From positions 120,001-152,000 of the forward strand of contig JAZDEL010000009.1 of assembly GCA_043808785.1 (NCBI GenBank): a stretch of 32,000 nt of DNA, read 5' to 3'. The translations under genes were made by a program, and so were the position numbers. The notes below the pieces were generated by a model, which was not told the origin of the DNA, searched no databases, and worked only from the letters and a program-made list of their open reading frames with translations. Shown one piece after another: positions 7,596-15,433 of the stretch. How positions within the stretch are numbered: the first letter of the stretch is position 1; every line of letters begins with the position of its first letter. This DNA comes from Candidatus Iainarchaeum sp. Its GTDB lineage: Archaea > Iainarchaeota > Iainarchaeia > Iainarchaeales > JAZDEL01.

Positions 7596-8054
7596 CTAAT
7601 CCACATTCCCCTTCCTGCTCAGTAGCAGGTACGAAACCATGAACACAAAGCCAGTAAGGATTATCACGCCCTCCAGTGCGTGCCTTGCAAGAAGAGTCTC
7701 CCCCGGCGCGGAATCGGCCCACATGAGCGCAACGCTGCCCCAAATCGCGGCAATGAATGCATAATACCCCGCCTTATGGTTCACGCGCTTCAGCCTCTCG
7801 TCCTCTGCAGGCAGGCCCGCACGTATCGCCTTGAACCTGGGCCAGAATACAAACAAAGAGCCTGCAACAAGGAAAAGCACAAGCGCGATAAGCATCACCT
7901 CCGGCATCTCTATGGGCTCGGCGCTTGCCGCATACGCGCCGATGCCCGCTATAACAAGCACGACAGCAACCACTCCTGCAGTAATCTTGAGCTTATCATT
8001 CGCATTTCCTTCCATCAACTCGCCTCTTTTTCGCATGTTAGCCATTTCTAACAT
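7596..8054 (-). CDS. Small multi-pass membrane protein, DER-motif paralog A (start uncertain: 8054, 8045, 8036 or 8015)
   Basis: Hydrophobic segments surround AEDERLKRVNHKAGYYAF. The longest-ORF start at 8132 lies upstream of the TATA-like box, so ATG 8054 (about 26 nt downstream of the TATA) is preferred. Confidence 0.65.
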   Translation of the reverse strand: MLEMANMRKRGELMEGNANDKLKITAGVVAVVLVIAGIGAYAASAEPIEMPEVMLIALVLFLVAGSLFVFWPRFKAIRAGLPAEDERLKRVNHKAGYYAFIAAIWGSVALMWADSAPGETLLARHALEGVIILTGFVFMVSYLLLSRKGNVD

Positions 8055-8072
8055 GTTAGATATATGTAACAT
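8034..8072. promoter_or_regulatory. Array of CATGTTAG/CTAACATG half-sites including the perfect 14-bp palindrome TCTAACATGTTAGA (8047-8060); candidate XRE operator
   Basis: CATGTTAG occurs at 8034-8041 and 8052-8059, CTAACATG at 8048-8055, and GTAACAT at 8066-8072. The array overlaps the predicted TSS and candidate start codons of the membrane-protein/XRE operon. Confidence 0.55.
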
Positions 8073-8076
8073 CTTG

Positions 8077-8084
8077 TATTTAAA
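8077..8084 (-). promoter_or_regulatory. TATA box (TTTAAATA on - strand) of the membrane-protein/XRE operon
   Basis: Centred about 26 nt upstream of ATG 8054. Confidence 0.5.
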
Positions 8085-8170
8085 GGTTTCGGCGCAGGCG
8101 CCGTTTGCCGGGCCGAGGCTCCTGCGAGCCATTTAAGGCATTTTCGCAGCCAATTGGGGATGGTGGTTTT

Positions 8171-8941
8171 GTGAGGAATGTTATTTTTGTATCCATTATT
8201 GTTGCCGCATTGCTGCTTGCCGGCTGCGCGCAGGAACAAGGAAGCGGAAACCAGGCGGATATTCAGGGCGCAGGGAATGCGGCGGATTCTCAGGGCACAG
8301 GAACTGCGCAGGAACAGGGCGCAGGCAATCAGGCAGATGCGCAGGGCTCCGGGACTGCGAACGAGCAGGGGGCGGGGGCCTCCACGGATTCTCAAGGTTC
8401 TGGAAAAATTCCCGGCATCTGGAACCAATATCCGGGCGGGGGGAGTGGCACAGGCGAAACGCAGGAGGGTTCGGGTGCAACACAGGGAACCGCGGGGAAT
8501 GCCGAACTCGAGATTGTTGAGCTGGGCTGCCGCTACCAGTACGGCTCGTATTTCATAATCCTGCTTAAAAGCGTTGCTGCTGCGCCGATACCGCTGTCCT
8601 CGAACATTGTCGTGCGCACGGACGACGGGCACTATTCCTCGCATCTTATACAGAACAAGTACGCCAACGGCGCAAAGGTGTGGACCGATAAAATTACGAG
8701 GGCAACGATGGGCAGTTTCGGCATGCCCTTCTATGTAGAGGGCATAAACCCCCGCAATGGAGGGCACATCGAGCAGAATTACGCATTCATTTACTGCCCG
8801 CCAGGGGTAAAGCCGATTAACTGCGACAGAAGCAGCGGCACCGTGATTTACGACGGGAACGCCATGGCTGACTGCACGCTCGAGGGCGACGGCATAAATT
8901 ACTTCGTGCCCGTGCAGGACAGGGTGGCTCTGCCCGCATAG
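8171..8941 (+). CDS. Secreted lipoprotein with Q/G/A/D-rich repeat linker and Cys-containing C-terminal domain
   Basis: GTG 8171 is preceded by GGGGATGGTGG. The signal peptide plus lipobox reads MRNVIFVSIIVAALLLAGC. Next come about six degenerate 8-9 aa repeats (NQADIQGAG NAADSQGTG ...), then a globular domain with 4 Cys. Confidence 0.75.
   Translation: MRNVIFVSIIVAALLLAGCAQEQGSGNQADIQGAGNAADSQGTGTAQEQGAGNQADAQGSGTANEQGAGASTDSQGSGKIPGIWNQYPGGGSGTGETQEGSGATQGTAGNAELEIVELGCRYQYGSYFIILLKSVAAAPIPLSSNIVVRTDDGHYSSHLIQNKYANGAKVWTDKITRATMGSFGMPFYVEGINPRNGGHIEQNYAFIYCPPGVKPINCDRSSGTVIYDGNAMADCTLEGDGINYFVPVQDRVALPA
8231..8403 (+). repeat. Degenerate ~24-27 nt in-frame tandem repeats encoding the lipoprotein linker
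   Basis: The unit cagg(c/g)nca(g/c)g.. recurs, and the protein-level periodicity is xQGxGxxA[DE]. Confidence 0.6.
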
Positions 8942-9030
8942 GTGCTTGGGATGCCGAAGCGCGCCATTCCCGCAACGCATTCCTTGTTTGCGTGCTTTTT
9001 CAGCTCGGCAATAGCCTGTTTTGCACCCAT
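8899..9030 (-). pseudogene. Remnant of the N-terminus of an AlkD-like DNA alkylation repair (HEAT-repeat) gene
   Basis: From ATG 9030 the sequence MGAKQAIAELKKHANKECVAGMARFGIPS resembles the conserved start of PF08713-type proteins (..GMARFGI..). Similarity is lost about where the lipoprotein gene ends (8941), and a stop follows at 8899. Confidence 0.35.
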
Positions 9031-9132
9031 TCCCTGGTGCCCGCACTCCCTTCCCCCTGCCGTAAAAACCGCCGAAATTATTTGCACGAAAAGGATTATA
9101 AACAACGGCGCGGTTCTATTTTGGGGATTGCG

Positions 9133-9729
9133 ATGATGAAGAGGCGCATGGGAGGCACGTGGATTGCCCCGGGCGTTTATGTGAAATGGACTCCTGAGGT
9201 TCTCAGGACCTCCCTTGCAAAAGTGGCTACTAGACCTTACAAACTTACAGTCGGCGAAAAATCATGGCAGGCGATGCGCATATTGCTGCCAGGGCGAAGG
9301 TTTAAGCGAATCATCCTCGGCAAGCCGGAAATCGGAATCCCGCCTAAGGAAGGCGCAGGGTTTATCCGTGAAGTCGGCCTGGTAATGGGCTCGGAAGGGA
9401 CAATGGACCTTGTAAGGTATGTTAACAAGGACAAGCAGGCTTGCTTCGACGTTTTTTTGGATATCCCTGAGGGCGAATTAAGGGAGGAACGCATTGCGGA
9501 CCTTATAGATGCCGCTGAAAATATAGCAAAACTGAGCGGAATAGAGTACCTGCACTTGGACACGCCATGCGGGGAAAAAGGCAAAATTACTGACGAAGCT
9601 CTGGAGTCAGCCTGCGACAAACACGGGTGGGCCAAATTCCAGACAATGCGGGGCAAGAAACGCAGGCTCTGGGCAAGGTTTGGCATCTATCTGGTGAAAC
9701 ATAAAAAGAAGCCGAAAGTGCGCAACTGA
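9133..9729 (+). CDS. Hypothetical protein with polybasic C-terminus (possible GNAT-like fold, weak)
   Basis: ATG 9133 is preceded by GGGGA. The segment ACFDVFLDIPEGELREERIADLIDAAENIAKLSGIEYLHLDT...ALESACDKHGW has a GNAT-like strand-loop-helix-strand order. The tail is KHKKKPKVRN. Confidence 0.55.
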   Translation: MMKRRMGGTWIAPGVYVKWTPEVLRTSLAKVATRPYKLTVGEKSWQAMRILLPGRRFKRIILGKPEIGIPPKEGAGFIREVGLVMGSEGTMDLVRYVNKDKQACFDVFLDIPEGELREERIADLIDAAENIAKLSGIEYLHLDTPCGEKGKITDEALESACDKHGWAKFQTMRGKKRRLWARFGIYLVKHKKKPKVRN

Positions 9730-9802
9730 ACGCGCTCCGAAAAGCCATCCTAACCTATAAAAACCCAACGCACCTGAATTATTTCCGTTTTAGGTGTTAC
9801 GC

Positions 9803-11635
9803 ATGCGTATACTGGTTGTCGGTTCGGGCGGACGCGAGCACGCGATAGTGTGGAAACTCGCAAAGGGTGCGGGCAGCAACAAGATTTACTGCGCCCCCGG
9901 CAATGCGGGAATTGCGCAGCTTGCGGAGTGCGTTGACATAAAATCCGATGACGTTAAGGCGCTTGCGGATTTTGCAAAGCGCAAGGGAGTTTATCTCACG
10001 ATTGTCGGCCCCGAATCCGCGCTGTGCGCGGGAATTGCCGACGAGTTCGACAGGCAGGGGCTGAGGCTTTTCGGGCCCAGCCAGGGCGCAGCGGAAATTG
10101 AGGGCAGCAAGGCGTTCGCAAAGGAACTTATGAGAACCTACGATATTCCCACAGCGGAATTCGGGGTTTTCGACAATGCGGAAAAGGCGATTGAATTCAT
10201 AAACGAAAGCAAGATGGGGAAGGTTGTTGTAAAGGTAGAGGGGCTTGCAGCGGGCAAGGGCGTGATAATTTGCGAGAGCAAAAGCGAGGCTGTTGCCGCA
10301 GTGAAAAAGGCGATGGTTGAGAAAGTGTTCGGCGATGCCGGGAACCGCATTGTGATTGAGGAATTTTTGGAGGGCGAGGAAGCAAGCTATATGGTTCTCA
10401 CCGACGGCGAGAATATAGTGCCGCTTGCGAGTTCGCAGGACCACAAGCGCGCGCTTGACAATGACGAAGGGCAGAACACGGGCGGAATGGGAGCGGTAAG
10501 CCCTGCGCCGATAATAACCGCAAAACTCGAGAAGAAAATACTGCGCGATGTAATGGAGCCCGCTGTTGCGGCAATGCGCAAGGAGGGCAGGGAATACAAG
10601 GGCGTGCTTTACGCGGGGCTTATGATAGGCAAGAAGGGCAATGCAAAAGTGCTTGAGTTCAATGCAAGGTTCGGCGACCCGGAAACGCAGGCAATGATGC
10701 CGAGGCTGGAGAGCGGGCTTATAGAGGCAATGGATGCGTGCATCGACGGCACGCTGAACAAGGTCAGGCTTAAATGGAAGGAGGAAGCGTGCACATGCGT
10801 TGTAATGGCTTCGGGCGGGTATCCCGAGGCGTATGAGAAAGGCAAGCAGGTAAACGGCCTTGATGAGGCCGCAAAAATGGAAGGGGTTGTGGTTTTCCAT
10901 GCAGGGACCAAAAAGGCGGAGGACGAAAGCATAGTTACGAACGGCGGGCGTGTCCTCGGGGTAAGTGCCCTGGGCGGCAGCATAGCGGACTCGGTGAAGA
11001 ATGCTTATTCAGCTGTTGCGAAAATAAATTTCCAGAACATGCAGTACAGGAAGGATATCGGGAAGAAGGCTGCGGATGCGGAGGCAGGCACAACGCGCGC
11101 AGAGGGTGCGGAAGAAGCGGAAGAGGAAGAGGGCGATGACGCTTATTTCGGCAAATGGGGAGATGATGAGGCTGAAGCCGCAAAGGGCGGCGAAGCCGAA
11201 GGCGCCGAAGAAGGCAAAGAAAAGGGCGGCGATGATGAAGAAGCCGAGGATGAAGGCGGAAGCGCCGAAGCGGAAGAGGATGCTTCCATTGAGGGCGAAG
11301 ATTCCGGGGAAGAGGCCGGCGGCGATGAGGAAGCTAGCGAGGAAACCGGAGAAGATGAAGATAAGGCAAAGAAGGGTGAAAGTTCCGCAGAATCAGGGGA
11401 AGAAGGCGAAAGCCCGGAAGCCGAAGAGAATGAGGCTGCAGGCAGCGAAGATACAGATGAAGCAGGCAGCGGTGATGAAAAAGCCGATGATGAAACCGCA
11501 GGAACTGACGAAGAAGGCGGCGAAGGCGGTGATGAAACCGCAGGAACTGACGAGGATAAAGGCGCAGAACCCGATAAGGGATCTGCCGGCAAAGGCGGCG
11601 AAGGCGCAGAACCCGAAAAGGACGGGGAAAAGTAG
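9803..11635 (+). CDS. purD: Phosphoribosylamine-glycine ligase PurD fused to a ~185-aa polyacidic low-complexity tail
   Basis: MRILVVGSGGREHAIVWKL, ATP-grasp body and NARFGDPETQ. The core ends near ...QYRKDIGKKA (~11070) and continues in frame with an E/G/D/A-rich tail to the stop at 11635. AGGTG lies 6 nt upstream of ATG 9803, and TATAAAAA is at 9756-9763. Confidence 0.92.
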   Translation: MRILVVGSGGREHAIVWKLAKGAGSNKIYCAPGNAGIAQLAECVDIKSDDVKALADFAKRKGVYLTIVGPESALCAGIADEFDRQGLRLFGPSQGAAEIEGSKAFAKELMRTYDIPTAEFGVFDNAEKAIEFINESKMGKVVVKVEGLAAGKGVIICESKSEAVAAVKKAMVEKVFGDAGNRIVIEEFLEGEEASYMVLTDGENIVPLASSQDHKRALDNDEGQNTGGMGAVSPAPIITAKLEKKILRDVMEPAVAAMRKEGREYKGVLYAGLMIGKKGNAKVLEFNARFGDPETQAMMPRLESGLIEAMDACIDGTLNKVRLKWKEEACTCVVMASGGYPEAYEKGKQVNGLDEAAKMEGVVVFHAGTKKAEDESIVTNGGRVLGVSALGGSIADSVKNAYSAVAKINFQNMQYRKDIGKKAADAEAGTTRAEGAEEAEEEEGDDAYFGKWGDDEAEAAKGGEAEGAEEGKEKGGDDEEAEDEGGSAEAEEDASIEGEDSGEEAGGDEEASEETGEDEDKAKKGESSAESGEEGESPEAEENEAAGSEDTDEAGSGDEKADDETAGTDEEGGEGGDETAGTDEDKGAEPDKGSAGKGGEGAEPEKDGEK

Positions 11636-11668
11636 CCTGCTTACTCCGCAAAAAAGGGGCCGTAACTG

Positions 11669-12253
11669 ATGAAGGACGCACTCCGCTCCGAGATGCGCCT
11701 CAGGCGTGGATCCCTGGATGCCGAGGAACGGCGTTCAAAGAGTTCCGCTATTTCAAAAAAATTCAGGAACCTGCCCGAATACTGGGATGTAAAAAATATA
11801 ATGGTTTACGTGAGCTTCGGCTCGGAAGTTGAAACGTGGGGGCTGATTGAGGATTTGCTCTCGGACAAAAAAAGGGTTTTTGTGCCTGTGATGGGAAAGG
11901 ATTGTGCAATAAGCGCTGTCGAGATAAAATCCTTCGAGCCGGAGAAAATGGTTAAGAACCAATTCGGCGTGCTCGAGCCAAGGGGAGGGGTAAAAAAGGC
12001 AGTGCCGCCCCACGAACTCGGCACGGTTATCGCACCCGGGCTCGCTTTCGATGAGAAAGGCACAAGGCTCGGCTTCGGGGGAGGGTGCTACGATAAATTC
12101 CTGCACGAACTGCATGCGCTGCAGAAAAAAATCCCCGTGGTCGGGCTTGCGTTCGATTTCCAGGTTTTGCCAGCGGGAAAAATCCCGAGAGAGGGGCACG
12201 ATAAGGAAGTTGATGTTGTGATTACCGAAATGCGGGTTATAAGGTGCAAATGA
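11669..12253 (+). CDS. 5-formyltetrahydrofolate cyclo-ligase (MTHFS)
   Basis: 194 aa with ...VYVSFGSEVET...VIAPGLAFDEKGTRLGFGGGCYDKFL, the typical MTHFS C-terminal motif. Confidence 0.85.
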   Translation: MKDALRSEMRLRRGSLDAEERRSKSSAISKKFRNLPEYWDVKNIMVYVSFGSEVETWGLIEDLLSDKKRVFVPVMGKDCAISAVEIKSFEPEKMVKNQFGVLEPRGGVKKAVPPHELGTVIAPGLAFDEKGTRLGFGGGCYDKFLHELHALQKKIPVVGLAFDFQVLPAGKIPREGHDKEVDVVITEMRVIRCK

Positions 12254-12297
12254 GGTTAAGTGCCTCAATTGCCGCGATGCGGAATGCCAAAAGCGCT

Positions 12298-13878
12298 TCA
12301 GTGCCTGAAATGCCTTGTCCTCGTGAAAACCATGGCGATGCCGCGCTCGTCGCACGCCTTTATCACTTCCGCATCCTTCACGCTGCCGCCGGGCTGGATT
12401 ATTGCGGAAATGTTCGCATCCGCGGCAAGCCCTATGCTGTCGGGGAAAGGGAAAAAGCCGTCGCTAGCCATTACGCAGCCCGCTGCTTCCGCCTTTGCGC
12501 GCCTTATCGCAAGCCTCACGGATTCGACGCGCGAGGTCTGCCCCGCGCCGATGCCTATTGTCTGTGTTCCCTTCGCAAGCACTATTGCGTTGCTCTTCAC
12601 GTGCTTTGCAACACCCCATGCAAATATAAGGCTCTTCATTTGCGCGCTGTCGGGGTTCGCAGAGGTGGGGTAGCGCAGGTTGTGCTCGTCAGGGGTTGCG
12701 ATGTCGCGCTCCTGCACAAGCATGCCGCCAAGAACATCCCTGAGTTCGTTCTGCCGCGGCGCCTGTGGAGAGCCCTTGCCAATCCTCTTTTCTAAGCCCT
12801 CGATTTCAAGGATCCTGAGGTCCTTTTTCGCCTTCAGTTCCGCAAGTGCGGCTTCAGAATATGAAGGGGCGATTACAACCTCGTTGAAGAACGCAATTAT
12901 CTGCTTTGCCGTGGCGGCATCGCATTCCCTGTTCAGCGCTATTATTCCGCCGAAAGCGCTCTCCTTGTCGCATTCAAGCGACTTTGAAAATGCAACGTGA
13001 AGTTTTTCGTCCGTGGCAACGCCGCAGGGGTTTGCATGCTTAACAATCGCACAGCACGGCGCGGAGAATTCCTTGACAACCTCTATCGCAGTAGCGGCAT
13101 CATTTATGTTATTGTATGAGAGTTCCTTTCCGTGCAGTTGCTTTGCATCGGCGATTGTTGCGGGATCCGCCGAATTCCCGCGGTAGAATGCCGCTTTCTG
13201 GTGCGGGTTTTCCCCATAGCGCAAATCGGAAATTTTCGAGAACGAAAGGGTCAGAGTGCGCGGGAACTGGGAGGAAGCGAACCCTTTCTGGGAATTAAGG
13301 TAATTGTTCACGGCTGCATCATATGCCGCAGTTAGTTCGAATGCGGAATTTGCAAGTTTCCTGCGCAGCTCGATGCTTATTTTCCCCCTGCTTTCGCGCA
13401 GTTCCTGCAGGAGAAGGGGGTACTGCCTCGGAGAGGTTACGGCCGCAACTCCCCCGTAGTTTTTCGCCGCGGCACGCACCATTGCAGGCCCGCCTATGTC
13501 GATATTCTCTATTGCGTGCGCAACGGAGGTGCCCTGCTTTTCCGTTGCCTCGGCGAAAGGGTAAAAATTAACGCAAACCATGTCAATAGGCTTCAGTTTC
13601 ATCTTTTTCAGCTGCGCAAGGTGCTTCTTGCTGCCCCTGTCGGCGAGTATTGCGGCATGTATGCGCGGGTGCAGCGTCTTCACGCGGCCGTCAAGGCACT
13701 CGGGAAAGCCCGTGACCTTCTCCACGGGCGTTACCTTGAGTTTAGGCTTTGCCTTTTCAAGTTCCTTTGCTGTGCCGCCGCTCGCTATAAGTTCAACGCC
13801 GAAATCGGAAAGCGCGCGGGCGAACTCCGCAATGCCTGTTTTGTCAGAAACAGAAATGAGCGCACGTGTTATTTTCAT
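12298..13878 (-). CDS. purH: Bifunctional AICAR transformylase / IMP cyclohydrolase
   Basis: MKITRALISVSDKTGI...GGTAK...VKTLHPRIHAAILA (MGS-like IMPCH domain) plus a C-terminal AICARFT domain ending ...RHFRH. Confidence 0.95.
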   Translation of the reverse strand: MKITRALISVSDKTGIAEFARALSDFGVELIASGGTAKELEKAKPKLKVTPVEKVTGFPECLDGRVKTLHPRIHAAILADRGSKKHLAQLKKMKLKPIDMVCVNFYPFAEATEKQGTSVAHAIENIDIGGPAMVRAAAKNYGGVAAVTSPRQYPLLLQELRESRGKISIELRRKLANSAFELTAAYDAAVNNYLNSQKGFASSQFPRTLTLSFSKISDLRYGENPHQKAAFYRGNSADPATIADAKQLHGKELSYNNINDAATAIEVVKEFSAPCCAIVKHANPCGVATDEKLHVAFSKSLECDKESAFGGIIALNRECDAATAKQIIAFFNEVVIAPSYSEAALAELKAKKDLRILEIEGLEKRIGKGSPQAPRQNELRDVLGGMLVQERDIATPDEHNLRYPTSANPDSAQMKSLIFAWGVAKHVKSNAIVLAKGTQTIGIGAGQTSRVESVRLAIRRAKAEAAGCVMASDGFFPFPDSIGLAADANISAIIQPGGSVKDAEVIKACDERGIAMVFTRTRHFRH

Positions 13879-13885
13879 AAATATC

Positions 13886-13907
13886 TAACCATATTGGTTA
13901 ATTTAAG
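13886..13907 (-). promoter_or_regulatory. purH promoter: TATA-like CTTAAATTAA (13898-13907) overlapping the inverted repeat TAACCA-tat-TGGTTA (13886-13900)
   Basis: The TATA is centred about 25 nt upstream of ATG 13878. The palindrome sits between the TATA and the start codon. Confidence 0.4.
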
Positions 13908-13955
13908 GGTTTGTTTTTCGGGTTTTGCCTGTTCTGCCCTGCCGTGCCGCTTTTG

Positions 13956-14543
13956 TCACCCGGCTTTGCCTTTCATGAACAGCCTTATCCCCTCAAGGAT
14001 TGCTTCCTGCTCCGCCTTCTGCACGCGTTCCTTCAGGGTTTCGGCTGTGTCCCCTGAAAGCACGGGAACGCGCTTCTGCAGGAGAATAGGGCCTGCATCA
14101 ACATCCTCGGTTACGATGTGCAGGGTACAGCCTGTTTCCTTTTTCCCCGCCTTCAGGACCTGTTCGTGCACATCCCTGTCCATGCCGCCCGCAAACTCGG
14201 GAAGCAGGGAAGGGTGGATGTTAATCAGCCTGTTGCGGTATTTGCGAACCATCTCGTCGCCAACAATGCGCATATACCCTATAAGAAGCACAAGTTCCGC
14301 CTTTGCATCCTCAAGTTCGTGCATAACCTGCCTGTCGAACTCTTTGCGCACGGGAAATTTTTTTGGGTCAATAAAAACCGCGGGAATTTTGTGCTTCCGC
14401 GCGCGCTCAAGGATGAATGCGCCTTTCCTGTCGCTCACAACAGCAACAATGCGGGCATCGAGTTCGCCTTTTTCAATCTCGCCAATAATCGCCTGCATGT
14501 CCGTGCCCTTTGTGGAGCCGAGAACTGCGATATTCAGCGGCAT
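13956..14543 (-). CDS. purN: Phosphoribosylglycinamide formyltransferase (folate-dependent)
   Basis: IAVLGSTKGTDMQAI, LINIHPSLLPEFAG and HIVTEDVDAGPI. The start overlaps the folD stop by 10 nt. Confidence 0.93.
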   Translation of the reverse strand: MPLNIAVLGSTKGTDMQAIIGEIEKGELDARIVAVVSDRKGAFILERARKHKIPAVFIDPKKFPVRKEFDRQVMHELEDAKAELVLLIGYMRIVGDEMVRKYRNRLINIHPSLLPEFAGGMDRDVHEQVLKAGKKETGCTLHIVTEDVDAGPILLQKRVPVLSGDTAETLKERVQKAEQEAILEGIRLFMKGKAG

Positions 14544-15397
14544 CCTGCAGACAACTCCGCGGCTTTAACCGTGTTTGCCACAACGCTTGCAACAGTCATG
14601 GGCCCCACGCCACCCGGCACGGGGGTTATTGCGGAAGCCTTTTTCCTTACGGCATTGAAATCTACATCCCCGTGCACGCGGTCCCCGACTTTAGTTGTCC
14701 CAACATCCATAACCACTGCGCCCTTCTTCACCATGTCCGCGGTTATGAGTTTTGGCTTGCCCACAGCGGAAACCAGGATGTCCGCCATGCACGTGTGCTG
14801 TGCGAGATTTTTTGTGCGGATGTGGCAGAAGGTAACCGTCGCAAATTCATTAAGCAGCATAATTCCAAGCGGCTTCCCCACAAGGTTTGAGGAACCTACA
14901 ACGACCGCGTGCTTCGATTTTATTTTTATTTTCGCGCCGCGCAAAAGGCCCATCACGCCGAGAGGGGTCGCGGGTGCGAAGAAATTCCCTTTTACATCCC
15001 CCGCAAAAAGCCTGCCGAGGTTTACCGGATTAAAGCCGTCAACATCCTTTTCGGGCGCGATGCATTCCATAACGCGCTGCACATCCATGCGCTTCGGGAG
15101 CGGCAGCTGCACAAGTATGCCGTGCACTGCATCATCGTTGTTGAGCGAGGAAATTGCCCCAAGCAGTTCGTCTTCGCTTGCGGACGCGCCCAAACGCACA
15201 GTGCGGGAAAGCACGCCCATACCCCTGCATGCCTCGGTTTTCTTCCCGACATATAATTCCGAAGCCGGGCTGTTGCCGACAAGGACCGCTGCAAGGCAGG
15301 GCGCCACGCCACGTGCCTTTAATTTTTCAACTCTCGAAACCAGCGCGTGCAGTGTTTTTTTCGCGAGTTTTTCGCCGTCGAGGATTTTTGCAGGCAC
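14534..15397 (-). CDS. folD: Bifunctional methylene-THF dehydrogenase / methenyl-THF cyclohydrolase
   Basis: LAAVLVGNSPASELYVGKK, VVVGSSNLVGKPL and TPVPGGVGPMT. GTG start at 15397. Confidence 0.93.
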   Translation of the reverse strand: MPAKILDGEKLAKKTLHALVSRVEKLKARGVAPCLAAVLVGNSPASELYVGKKTEACRGMGVLSRTVRLGASASEDELLGAISSLNNDDAVHGILVQLPLPKRMDVQRVMECIAPEKDVDGFNPVNLGRLFAGDVKGNFFAPATPLGVMGLLRGAKIKIKSKHAVVVGSSNLVGKPLGIMLLNEFATVTFCHIRTKNLAQHTCMADILVSAVGKPKLITADMVKKGAVVMDVGTTKVGDRVHGDVDFNAVRKKASAITPVPGGVGPMTVASVVANTVKAAELSAGCR

Positions 15398-15433
15398 TTG
15401 GCATCACTTGCAGATTTTGGCGGACAATTCACA

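Noticed and set aside
8231-8403. Possible CRISPR-like periodic repeats.
   Set aside because: The repeats are degenerate, contiguous with no spacers, in frame, and encode the lipoprotein linker. There are no cas genes. This is not a CRISPR array.
11076-11669. 197-aa extremely basic (K/R-rich) ORF in the +1 frame over the PurD acidic tail, and a Ser/Pro-rich ORF on the opposite strand (11143-11592).
   Set aside because: The tract is T-poor on the + strand, so stop codons are rare in every frame. The alternative frames are most simply a compositional by-product. There is no independent start signal, and the ORF begins inside the purD core. It would be worth a look only if Ribo-seq shows out-of-frame translation.
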